Source: a virus
Virus genome (UHGV): UHGV-0206581
Direction: 5' to 3' (one strand)
DNA: 56,290 nucleotides
The first letter of the stretch is position 1; every line of letters starts with the position of its first letter. Below the pieces are notes generated by a model. The model was not told where the DNA came from. It saw only the letters and a list, made by a program, of their open reading frames with translations, and made no database searches. The position numbers and the translations under genes are program-made. Shown here piece by piece: positions 8,849 to 17,450 of this stretch.

Positions 8849-8953
8849 AAAGGGGGATAGATATTTGCCCATATCCGCCAGGTTTCTTTTCCAGCCTCCT
8901 TCACACGGGCGGGGTGGCGGCGGTGCAGCCGCTGCCCCTACTGTGTGCAATAT

Positions 8954-9028
8954 GCCCTTGTAGCTCAATGGTGAGAGCGATACCCTGATTTGGCATAGTG
9001 GACGCCGGTTCGATTCCGGCCGAGGGCT
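8954..9028 (+). tRNA. Atypical or pseudo tRNA, GAT anticodon (Ile-like)
   Basis: Acceptor GCCCTTG/CGAGGGC, D arm GCTC/GAGC, T arm GCCGG-TTCGATT-CCGGC; anticodon stem has one mismatch, T at position 37, no encoded CCA. Confidence 0.65.
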
Positions 9029-9474
9029 TGGTGACCCGCACTTTTTGCGGTAGCCAACTTATTAAACCGCTCCAAAGGCCACGGAGCTGACGGTGGAAAG
9101 ACACTACACCAGACTGCCGGAGCGTCTAGGCGCTGGGAAGAGTAAGACGCGAGCCGCCTGTCATGGGGGCGGAGCTAAAAAAGCGGTGGCAGCTATGACC
9201 TGCCCCGGTGTGCCGACACATAGAAAGCGGCTGCGCCCGGCGGAGCGTGTAGAGACGGAATCCGCCGATATGCAGGAGCCAGAAGCAGGGTGATCTCCAG
9301 GCTGTGCAACTCAGTCCGCCTGCTATATTGGGTCGCTCCCATCCGTGGAAGCCGGACGCTTGTGTAGGGCGATAGCTACCAGCGCTATCCCGCTGAAAAC
9401 TACCCTGCGAGTGGCTAATCATGATGTCGCCACCAAGGCTAGGGCGTGACAATCTAAGCGGGAAGCGCACATAT

Positions 9475-9555
9475 ACCGAGTGCAGTAGCAGAAGCGGAAG
9501 CGGCGGCCCATTACGTCGCGGACGTGTGGCGGCTCAATGCCGTCTCTCGGCTCCA
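9475..9555 (+). ncRNA. Degenerate tRNA-like element
   Basis: CCGAG/CTCGG closing stem plus TCCA end; GCGGCG-GCCCATTA-CGTCGC arm; T-arm-like GGCGG-CTCAATG-CCGTC. Confidence 0.45.
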
Positions 9556-10049
9556 AACGCAGAGGGAAAGCAAAAGAGGCACTGCGCGATTAAATTAAAT
9601 GCCAATGGGCGGCTGGATAACCTACTGTCCGCCATATGCCGCTCCTCGCCGCTTGAGGCGGGCGGTGGCACCAGATGTATGGCACCACAGGCTAAAAGCA
9701 GACGGGCCTTCCTTGTGCGCTGTGCGAAAGCGGCAAGGTGAAAAAATTATTTTTGGCTGACCCCGGCCCTATAAAGATGAACGGTTCCGACTGACGACAC
9801 CAGCGGAGGGGTTGAGATGTACCGTGATTATCAAGGCTGTTCCTATGGATGGAGTATGTGAGGTGAGGATGGAAAGGTGTGGCAACGTAGACCGACCAGC
9901 GGTGTCTAAGCGTCAGTAGCAGAAACGGAAATAGGTTGCTGATTGTAATACAGCCTTGATGATTGTGATGTGATACCGCACAGCGGATTACATACAGGCC
10001 CACGGCAAGCCTGACCAACCCCGCAGCATACCCCGAAAGGGGTATATCT

Positions 10050-10123
10050 GGACCATTGGCCCGATGGTCGGGCGGGCCCCTCATAAGGGCTTGGTCTTGG
10101 TTCGATTCCAAGATGGTCCACCA
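10050..10123 (+). tRNA. tRNA with CAT anticodon (Met or Ile2)
   Basis: Full cloverleaf: GGACCAT/ATGGTCC, GCCC/GGGC, GGCCC-CTCATAA-GGGCT, CTTGG-TTCGATT-CCAAG, ACCA end. Confidence 0.85.
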
Positions 10124-10149
10124 GAATTAGAAAGGAGTCGCCCAACTGA

Positions 10150-10317
10150 ATGAAGATTGACATTTATTGTCCGGTCTGTGCCGCTGCTGGCATCAATCAT
10201 GGAAAAGGGCGGCTTTTGATGCAGGTGGATAGCAAAACAACTGGTATAGTTTATCCATACTGTAAGGCTTGCAAGAAAAACATCAAGATTGAGTTAAAAG
10301 GCGATAAAAGCGCCTGA
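10150..10317 (+). CDS. 55-aa Com-like zinc-ribbon protein
   Basis: MKIDIYCPVC...GRLLMQVD...VYPYCKACKKNIKIEL with two CxxC pairs; AAAGGAG RBS; below the ORF-track cutoff. Confidence 0.8.
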   Translation: MKIDIYCPVCAAAGINHGKGRLLMQVDSKTTGIVYPYCKACKKNIKIELKGDKSA

Positions 10318-10331
10318 GAATATATAGTTTA

Positions 10332-10420
10332 GTGCCAAGTGCCTCCGGGCAATGCCTGGACGAAGCGTGCCGAGTGCCGAGAGTAGACCTTATATGGGTC
10401 TGTTCTTGGCACTTTTTTGT
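10332..10420 (+). promoter_or_regulatory. Doubled GTGCC(A/G)AGTGCC leader forming an intrinsic terminator before the portal gene
   Basis: Copies at 10332-10343 and 10367-10378; the second is the 5' arm of an 18-bp stem followed by TTTTTGTTT. Confidence 0.8.
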
Positions 10421-10438
10421 TTGTCTGGAGGTGACAGA

Positions 10439-11914
10439 GTGACTGAAAACAATACTGTTCGAGCTATATCCGAGTGGCCGGTCAATGGGCTGACTGGGCG
10501 TAGAAAAATTTACACCGCCAAAAAGAAAGTTACCCCGGAAAATGTGGTGGAGGTGCTGGGCAAGGCACTGGCCGTGCATCGCATCAACAGTGCGGAAATG
10601 TCCTATTTGTATGACTATTACAGAGGCAAACAGGACATCCGGCTGAAAGATAAAATCGTCCGCCCGGAGATCAACAACAAGGTGATGATTAACCGGGCGA
10701 ACGAAATCGTGGTATTCAAGTCTGCTTACCTTCTGGATGGCCCAATCCGTTATGTGTCCAACGGCGGAGAAGATGATATTTCTTCTAATGTGAATACATT
10801 GAATGAATATATGCGAGCCGAGAGCAAAGACACTCTCGACAAAGAGCTGGCAGACTGGATGCACATCTGCGGTGTTGCGGTCCGCATGGTCCTCACTGAC
10901 GAAGTCGGAGAAGAAGACGGGTCCCCGGCATCCATATATACCCTTGACCCAAGAGCGGCGTTTTGCATCTACCATAGCGGAGTAGGGCAGAAAAAGGTCG
11001 CTGGTGTGCTGGAACAGGTAGATGATGAGGGACAGCCCTACTTCTGCGTGTACACCCCAGAATGGTATTTCGAGGTGCAGAACGGTCAGATCACTAAGCA
11101 GGAGGGCCGTACCATCCCCTACATCCCTATTGTGGAGTATGTGAACAATGACGCCCGCATGGGTGCGTTTGAGCCGGTCATCCCAATCCTGAACGCAATC
11201 AACATGATTGAATCCAACCGGCTTGACAGTATTCAGGATTTCGTCAACGCCTTTGATGTGTTCCAAAACTGTGAGTTAGAGGACGGTCAATATAAGGAAC
11301 TGGCAAAGGGCGGGATGGCAATTACTATCAAAAGCGTTCAGGCTGGTATGGAGGCCAAAGTATACCGCATCGCCTCTGAACTGAACCAGACCAACACGCA
11401 GACCATTGTGGACGATTTGGAGGACGCATACCTGACCATCTGCGGGATGCCGAACCGGAACGGAGGTTCCTCTACCAGCGACACTGGGCAGGCGGTCATT
11501 TACCGAGATGGATGGTCTGCCGCTGAGAGCCGGGCCAAGGACACGGAAAAGACATGGGAGCGGTCGGAACGGGAGTTCCTGCGGCTGGTGCTGTATATCT
11601 GCCGTGAGACTGGCGATTTGGATTTGCAGTTGGCAGACATCAAGCCGGAGTTCACCCGCAAGAACCTGTCCAATATCCAGTCCAAGGCGCAAGTTCTGGC
11701 GGAGATGCTGAACAATAGCAAAATTCATCCGAAGTTGGCGTTCCAGTACAGTGGGCTATTCAGCGACCCCGAATCTGCATACCGTGTGAGTATGGATTGG
11801 TACGAGGAACAGAAACGCAAGATGGAGCGGAGTTTGAGAGATGAACTGAATACCAACAGGGACACAAATATAACTGCGGAGGAAAGAAACAATGATGTCT
11901 CCGTTTCGGAATGA
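10439..11914 (+). CDS. Portal protein (SPP1 gp6-like)
   Basis: YDYYRGKQDI, NNKVMIN, IPIVEYVNN motifs; follows terL; GTG start with GGAGG RBS. Confidence 0.92.
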   Translation: MTENNTVRAISEWPVNGLTGRRKIYTAKKKVTPENVVEVLGKALAVHRINSAEMSYLYDYYRGKQDIRLKDKIVRPEINNKVMINRANEIVVFKSAYLLDGPIRYVSNGGEDDISSNVNTLNEYMRAESKDTLDKELADWMHICGVAVRMVLTDEVGEEDGSPASIYTLDPRAAFCIYHSGVGQKKVAGVLEQVDDEGQPYFCVYTPEWYFEVQNGQITKQEGRTIPYIPIVEYVNNDARMGAFEPVIPILNAINMIESNRLDSIQDFVNAFDVFQNCELEDGQYKELAKGGMAITIKSVQAGMEAKVYRIASELNQTNTQTIVDDLEDAYLTICGMPNRNGGSSTSDTGQAVIYRDGWSAAESRAKDTEKTWERSEREFLRLVLYICRETGDLDLQLADIKPEFTRKNLSNIQSKAQVLAEMLNNSKIHPKLAFQYSGLFSDPESAYRVSMDWYEEQKRKMERSLRDELNTNRDTNITAEERNNDVSVSE

Positions 11915-12239
11915 CCCGTTCAGCATGGTATATCAAGCATTTCAGAGCCTTTATCCTGGAAAAGAGTGCGAGTGCTACTTTGAGCCTGACTTGAAAGCAG
12001 ACGATGGAGACAAGGCGTATGGTCTCACAAATTTCTGCGATGATGGAGAAATTCAAATTTTAGTAGACCCGAATGTGGACATTGAAAACGCAACAGAAAT
12101 TTTTGCACACGAACTTGCACATGTAGCCGTTGGATATGACGCTAAACATGGCCCGGAATGGGATGCCGCTTTTGATGCAATTCTCGATGAATACAACCGC
12201 ATAGGGGATGAACTGTTTGGAAAACAAAAACCCTTATGA
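11892..12239 (+). CDS. Small zinc metallopeptidase-like protein (SprT/zincin)
   Basis: HELAH...HGPEW (HExxH plus downstream HG..W). Confidence 0.7.
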   Translation: MMSPFRNDPFSMVYQAFQSLYPGKECECYFEPDLKADDGDKAYGLTNFCDDGEIQILVDPNVDIENATEIFAHELAHVAVGYDAKHGPEWDAAFDAILDEYNRIGDELFGKQKPL

Positions 12240-12834
12240 CCTCACCGATAAAGCCATCGACCTTTTGAATAGGAGGGCGGTCAAGCGGTTTGAGGACGCC
12301 AAAGACGAAGCGGCGCTGGCGAAATTTGATGAACTCAATGTGCTGGAAGTCACCCGGACGCTATATGACCAGCTACGTAAGGACAACCAAGATGTCTTTC
12401 TTGAACTGGCGCAGGAGCGGTATCAGGAGGCCGAGCCGCACGGAAAGGAACCACCTGATTTAGCGTGGTTACTGGCATTGCTGGCGGCGTACAACGCTGT
12501 TACGAAATACCAGTATTCCCACGAATGGGAGCGCAAGCGTGACCGCACAGCGGAGGCTATTAACTCGACCACCGCAAAGGTCACAGAGTTTCGACGGGGC
12601 CTTTCCTACTGGGCGCAGATGACGGAATGGTATGCGGTGGAAGTCACAGACCAATCCACACTGAAAGCATTTCAAGACAGCGGTGTTCGCTATGTGAAAT
12701 GGAACACCATGAATGACGGGCGTGAGTGCTCCACTTGTAAGGAACGAGACGGGAAAATTTATCCCATCCGTAGCATACCGCCAAAGCCCCACCCCGGTTG
12801 TCGTTGCTGGTATACACCGGCGAAGAAAAAGTAA
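12208..12834 (+). CDS. Minor head protein (MuF/SPP1 gp7-like)
   Basis: C-terminal WNTMNDGRECSTCKERDGKIY...PPKPHPGCRC. Confidence 0.88.
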   Translation: MNCLENKNPYDLTDKAIDLLNRRAVKRFEDAKDEAALAKFDELNVLEVTRTLYDQLRKDNQDVFLELAQERYQEAEPHGKEPPDLAWLLALLAAYNAVTKYQYSHEWERKRDRTAEAINSTTAKVTEFRRGLSYWAQMTEWYAVEVTDQSTLKAFQDSGVRYVKWNTMNDGRECSTCKERDGKIYPIRSIPPKPHPGCRCWYTPAKKK

Positions 12835-12861
12835 ATTTAAGCGGCCCGGCCGTTTGAATAC

Positions 12862-12950
12862 GGCGCAGAGAAGCGCCTTACCAAACGCAAACCGGAGAGA
12901 ACCGGACAAACGCGAAATATGGGGCGGAGATGCCCGACACAAAAGCGCAA
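12862..12950 (+). repeat. Three tandem hairpins with RGAGAW loops, each followed by a CAAACGC-like linker (scaffold 5' leader)
   Basis: GGCGC-AGAGAA-GCGCC, CCGG-AGAGAA-CCGG, GGGC-GGAGAT-GCCC; linkers CAAACGC, CAAACGC, CAAAAGCGC. Confidence 0.75.
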
Positions 12951-12962
12951 AGGAGAATTGAT

Positions 12963-13532
12963 ATGCCAATTGATACCACAGCCATTGAAGGGTTTGAGAG
13001 CATGACTGCCGAACAGAAAGTGGAAGCCCTGCTCAAAGTGGAAGTGCCGGAAAAGGTTGACTTATCCGGGTACATTCAGAAGTCGCAGTTTGACAAAGTG
13101 AGTTCTGAATTGGCCGAGGCCAAGAAAACGCTTAAAGGCAAGCTGTCCGAGGACGAAGCCGCCGCCGCCGAGCGCGAGGCGAAGTGGGCGGAGATGGAAG
13201 CTAAACTGAAAGAGCTGGAGACTGAAAAGACAATCTCCACCTATAAGGCTAGTTACCTTGCCATGCCGGGTTTCGATGAAAAGTTGGCGGAGGATACGGC
13301 TAAAGCGCTGGCCGAAAGCGACATGAAGAAAGTCTTTGAGAACCAGCAGAAAGCCAACGCCGCCTATGAGAAAAAACTGCGGGCTGATCTGGTAAAGCAG
13401 GACCCCAAACCTGGCGGTGCTGGTGGTGGGAATGAAGAGAAGGACGAGGCCGTGGAGTTTGCCAAGAATCTGGGCAAACAGCGGGCCGACGCCCTCAAAA
13501 ACGCAAACGAAGGTTTGAAACACTACCTTTGA
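12963..13532 (+). CDS. Head scaffolding protein
   Basis: Coiled-coil, charged, with PKPGGAGGG C-terminal linker; lies between MuF and capsid; AAAGGAG RBS. Confidence 0.85.
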   Translation: MPIDTTAIEGFESMTAEQKVEALLKVEVPEKVDLSGYIQKSQFDKVSSELAEAKKTLKGKLSEDEAAAAEREAKWAEMEAKLKELETEKTISTYKASYLAMPGFDEKLAEDTAKALAESDMKKVFENQQKANAAYEKKLRADLVKQDPKPGGAGGGNEEKDEAVEFAKNLGKQRADALKNANEGLKHYL

Positions 13533-13552
13533 TTGAAAAAGGAGAGAAACAG

Positions 13553-13885
13553 ATGAAGGTTACCAAGACTTCTGCTGGCGGAACCGTTGAGATTCTGGCC
13601 GCTGACGATTTTATGTCGATTCCCATTTGTGTCACGGAATCCGCTGCTGTGCCTGCCGGTATGCCCATGACCGCTGCGGGCAAAAAGGTGGCGACCACCT
13701 CTTATGCTACCGCTGTTGGTATGCTGCTGTATGATGTGGACCCGACCGAGAATCCAAATGGCGCTTTGCTGGTGCAGGGTGTGGTGGACAAGAAAAAGGT
13801 TGAGTCTCATGCGAGCATTACGCTGGACGCTACTTTCGATGTGCCCGGCATTATCCTGCGGGACAACATTGGCGTGAACGAGTAA
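13553..13885 (+). CDS. Head decoration protein-like
   Basis: AVGMLLYDVDPTENPNGALLVQGVVD; directly upstream of the major capsid gene. Confidence 0.7.
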   Translation: MKVTKTSAGGTVEILAADDFMSIPICVTESAAVPAGMPMTAAGKKVATTSYATAVGMLLYDVDPTENPNGALLVQGVVDKKKVESHASITLDATFDVPGIILRDNIGVNE

Positions 13886-13898
13886 GGAGGGATACATA

Positions 13899-14969
13899 AT
13901 GGATTTGAGAGAAGTTTTTACTCCTGCTGCGATTGCGGCCAACTGGATTGAGGTTGCCTCCAATCAGATTCCTTATCTGGGCGCGACCTTGTTCCCTGCC
14001 CGCAAGAAGGCCGGCCTTGACCTGTCCTGGCTGAAAGGCTCCCGTGGGCTACCTGTCTCTCTGATGCCCTCCGCATTCGACGCGAAGGCCACCTTCCGTG
14101 ATCGGATTGGATTTGAGAAGCTGGAGACCGAGATGCCTTTCTTCCGTGAGGGATACAAGATCAAAGAGAAGGACCGGCAGGAGATGCTGCGGGTGCAGGA
14201 GTCTACCGACCCCTACGCTGCCGAAGTGATTGCTCGTGTATTTGACGATACCCGAGATCTGGTTGACGGTGCAAATGTCGTGCCCGAGCGGATGATTATG
14301 CAGCTTCTGTTCCCCGAGGGTGGAGACGTTGGCATTGCCATTAAAGCAAACGGTGTGAATTACACGTACAAGTATGATACAGACGGTTCTTGGAAGACCT
14401 CCAACTACACCGCACTGACTGATACTGCAACTTGGGACAAGCCCTCTACGGCTGACCCCTTTGCGGCGTTCAAGACAGTCAAAGACGCTATCCGATCTAA
14501 GACTGGAACTGAACTGACGGTCGCCATTATGAACTCTTACACGTTCAATCTGCTTTCCAAGACGGATGCAGTAAAGAATCGTTATTTGACCACTAATGGC
14601 CTGTCTCTTGGCTATCTGACAGACGCCGAAGTAAAGGCGGTTGTGGAGTCTACTTCTGGTCTGCGGATTGCCATTTACGACAAGCAGTACCGGGACGAGA
14701 GCAAGGTAGCCCATGCATTTGTGCCCAATGGGTATGTCTGCCTGATTCCTGACGGCGCACTCGGTGGCACTTGGTATGGAACAACTCCGGAAGAGGCGGA
14801 TCTGCGTGGAGCGTCCAGCGCAGAGGTTTCCATTGTGAATACAGGTGTTGCGATTACCCGTATTCTCCAGGAGCATCCTGTAAACATCAACACCTTCGCG
14901 TCTGAAATCGTCCTGCCCTCCTTCGAGCGTATGGACGAGGTGGCTGTGCTCAACGTCCTGGGGGGATGA
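13899..14969 (+). CDS. Major capsid protein (lambda gpE-like family)
   Basis: 356 aa; YLGATLFP, EMPFFRE, GGTWYGTTPEEADL, SEIVLPSFE motifs. Confidence 0.92.
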   Translation: MDLREVFTPAAIAANWIEVASNQIPYLGATLFPARKKAGLDLSWLKGSRGLPVSLMPSAFDAKATFRDRIGFEKLETEMPFFREGYKIKEKDRQEMLRVQESTDPYAAEVIARVFDDTRDLVDGANVVPERMIMQLLFPEGGDVGIAIKANGVNYTYKYDTDGSWKTSNYTALTDTATWDKPSTADPFAAFKTVKDAIRSKTGTELTVAIMNSYTFNLLSKTDAVKNRYLTTNGLSLGYLTDAEVKAVVESTSGLRIAIYDKQYRDESKVAHAFVPNGYVCLIPDGALGGTWYGTTPEEADLRGASSAEVSIVNTGVAITRILQEHPVNINTFASEIVLPSFERMDEVAVLNVLGG

Positions 14970-15336
14970 TCGGGTCTGACACTCTAAGCCTTTTCCCCGG
15001 CAGTCAGACCCTATTGTGGAAGCAGGTGTCCGAGCTGGTAGGAGATGACCTGGCGGTCAAGGCTGATGGATCTGTAGTCGGTACATTCCATCATGTGACG
15101 GATACACCGAGTTCAGTTCTGAGCCGGACGAGCAAGAAGGTTATTACTTTCCGTTTCACCTGACTAAGACCGGAAGCAAAATGACCTTCAAGAAAAATGG
15201 TTCACCTACTAAGCAGGACATTGCATTTGACCCGGATATTATTTTCCGGGTTACGAAGACCGATGCTTTCGAAGTGTTGGTAGATAACCAAAGCGTTGTG
15301 ACGTTCAATTTCTCTGGAGCTACATTCGAGAGTTAA
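14966..15336 (+). pseudogene. Capsid-associated ORF (probable frameshift extension) broken by a 1-nt frameshift near 15100
   Basis: The 14966 frame reads ...GTFHHVT; the -1 frame continues GYTEFSSEPDEQEGYYFPFHL...ATFES* to 15336. Confidence 0.65.
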
Positions 15337-15353
15337 GAAAAGCGGGAGGCAGC

Positions 15354-15569
15354 ATGAAGTTTATTCCAAATTACCGCGTGTGTTATGGTGGCCGGTTTTA
15401 TGAAGTTGGTGCCCAGGTCTCTATCAAGGCCGAAGACGCGGATATGATGAAGCGGCACGGGACGGTGTTGGATGAACCGACGCCGCCTCCCGCCGCACCT
15501 AAAAAGCCGGGTAGACCTAGGAGGGCGGACAATGGACAATCTGGCGAGGTTGAAACTCCGCACGAATGA
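15354..15569 (+). CDS. Small head-associated hypothetical protein
   Basis: GGGAGG RBS; KKPGRPRR tail typical of small post-capsid genes. Confidence 0.7.
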   Translation: MKFIPNYRVCYGGRFYEVGAQVSIKAEDADMMKRHGTVLDEPTPPPAAPKKPGRPRRADNGQSGEVETPHE

Positions 15570-15837
15570 GCCGGACGAGGCCATCCTGGAGGACTGCCTG
15601 GAGAGCGCAAAAGCGGCGATCATGGCGAGACGGTATCCGTTCCAGGAATGGCCGGAGGAACTGGAGAGCCGGTATCTTGATTTGCAGTTCAGGTGTGCGC
15701 TTGACCTCTACAACAGAATCGGAGCAGAGGGACAGCTTAGTCATGGGGAAAACTCCATCAGTCGGGCTTGGGAGTCCTCTTGGATTTCTGAACCGCTCTT
15801 GCAGGAAGTGACGCCAGTTGCAAAGGTGGTGGGATGA
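15532..15837 (+). CDS. Head-tail connector protein
   Basis: LYNRIGAEGQLSHGENSISRAW motif; synteny. Confidence 0.85.
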   Translation: MDNLARLKLRTNEPDEAILEDCLESAKAAIMARRYPFQEWPEELESRYLDLQFRCALDLYNRIGAEGQLSHGENSISRAWESSWISEPLLQEVTPVAKVVG

Positions 15838-16034
15838 TGGTTCATCCGAATGGACACAAAACCGTTATTGAATATTCCGGTGTGAATATTTGTGATATTT
15901 CTATTGATGGATTCCATTTAAAAAGCGTATCAAAGTTAGATGTACATGATGGTGCGCCGGACGAATTTGCAGAAGTGACACTCACTTTTTCCCCTGGAGA
16001 AATCATCATCAAGCGAAAGGATGATGAGCTATGA
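15834..16034 (+). CDS. Hypothetical protein
   Basis: 66-aa ORF overlapping both neighbours by 4 nt. Confidence 0.6.
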   Translation: MMVHPNGHKTVIEYSGVNICDISIDGFHLKSVSKLDVHDGAPDEFAEVTLTFSPGEIIIKRKDDEL

Positions 16035-16531
16035 GATCGTTGCTCCGGAATCAACAGCCTGTTTTCTTCAAACTATACAAGGGTCAAGAGGAAATCGTAG
16101 ATGAATATGGAAACCCGACCGGCTCATATGTCCCTATTTACAGCGAATTGAAATCCGCTATGCTGTGTGTTTCCCCGAACAAGGGCAATTCCGAGGTGGA
16201 GCAGTTCGGCTCACTGGAGGATTACGATCGAACGGCAACTACCGCAGATACGGCCTGCCAAATTGATGAGGATTCCGTTTTGTGGGTAGATGGGGCTGAT
16301 ACTGACGGCCCGTATAACTACATTGTGAAGCGGAAAGCTCCATGGAAGAATAGTATTCAATACGCTATCAAAAAGGTTTCTGTATCTGAGTACGAAGCGG
16401 AACAAAAATTGTTTGATAGAAAAGCAGAGATTGAGGCGGCGATGCTAAGTGCCAAAAATAAAACTGAAGCTGAGCACGGACTCGATCAACCAAGCATTGA
16501 AGGAAGTCAAGGCGTATCAGAAGAAGGTTGA
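16031..16531 (+). CDS. Head closure/adaptor protein
   Basis: DEYGNPTG, EVEQFGSLEDYDRT; synteny. Confidence 0.75.
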   Translation: MRSLLRNQQPVFFKLYKGQEEIVDEYGNPTGSYVPIYSELKSAMLCVSPNKGNSEVEQFGSLEDYDRTATTADTACQIDEDSVLWVDGADTDGPYNYIVKRKAPWKNSIQYAIKKVSVSEYEAEQKLFDRKAEIEAAMLSAKNKTEAEHGLDQPSIEGSQGVSEEG

Positions 16532-16973
16532 GGGGGCTGGCGAGGAAATCGCAAAGCAGCTTAGCGAGATTGGCTACTCTGTCGCCTACAGCGTCATGCA
16601 GGGACATGTGTTTTCTGGTGAGACGATTGAAAGTTTGACACTGGATAAAAAAGGCGAAGGGCGGTATGTCCTATACGCCGAATCGCAAGCAATATTGTTC
16701 TTTGAGTTTGGCGCTGGCGTACGCTATGGTGGTGGGCATCCATGGGATGATGATTTTGGGTTTGGCCCAGGAACATATCCGGGGAACGGGCATTGGGATG
16801 ATCCTAATGGCTGGTGGTTCCCGACAGATGATCCAAGGCTTGTTATAAGAAGAGACAAAAATGGTCAGGGGTGGGGGCACTCCTACGGCAATAAGCCGCA
16901 TATGCCATTCTATAATGCGGACAGGGCCATGAGAGACAGTCTCTTGACAGTTGCCAAAGCGGTTTTGAGATAA
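16449..16973 (+). CDS. Neck protein (HK97 gp10-like)
   Basis: AILFFEFGAG...PHMPFYNA motif. Confidence 0.75.
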   Translation: MPKIKLKLSTDSINQALKEVKAYQKKVEGAGEEIAKQLSEIGYSVAYSVMQGHVFSGETIESLTLDKKGEGRYVLYAESQAILFFEFGAGVRYGGGHPWDDDFGFGPGTYPGNGHWDDPNGWWFPTDDPRLVIRRDKNGQGWGHSYGNKPHMPFYNADRAMRDSLLTVAKAVLR

Positions 16974-16985
16974 GGTTGGGATTTT

Positions 16986-17450
16986 GTGCAGTGGAGAAAG
17001 AACCCGTTTGGATTAAGCGAAACAGATTACAAGAAAATTTATAACTCTTGGTGGAACATGAAGAACAGGTGTTCAAACCCAAAGTCGCAACGGTTCTATT
17101 CTTACGGAGAACGAGGAATAACCTTGTGCGAAGAATGGATGGACTCCCAGGTGTTTATCGGATGGGCAGTAAAAAACGGGTGGAGACCCGGATTGACTAT
17201 TGAACGAATCGATGTAAATAAGGGATATTCTCCTGAAAACTGCACTATTATTCCGTATGCGTTACAAGCGCAAAACAAAACGACAAACATCAGAATCAAA
17301 ATAAATGGGCAAGAAAAATGTTTGTCTGAGTGGTGCAGAATATTTAATTTCCCGTTCAAAAGAGCATGGAAAAGATATCACGTGTTTGGGTATCGAGATG
17401 TCGAAACCATTTTCTATGAAGGGGATTTGAGGAGGCGGTCGGTATCATAG
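16986..17450 (+). CDS. Free-standing HNH endonuclease
   Basis: WWNMKNRCSNP...YGERGITLCEEW...TIERIDVNKGYSPENC. Confidence 0.85.
   Translation: MQWRKNPFGLSETDYKKIYNSWWNMKNRCSNPKSQRFYSYGERGITLCEEWMDSQVFIGWAVKNGWRPGLTIERIDVNKGYSPENCTIIPYALQAQNKTTNIRIKINGQEKCLSEWCRIFNFPFKRAWKRYHVFGYRDVETIFYEGDLRRRSVS

Noticed and set aside
8901..10163. ORF-track entries in the tRNA region
   Set aside because: No convincing RBS or protein-like composition, and they overlap tRNA and hairpin structures.
16986..17450. HNH genes as group I intron-encoded ORFs
   Set aside because: Flanking genes appear complete and the intergenic margins are too short for a ribozyme core.
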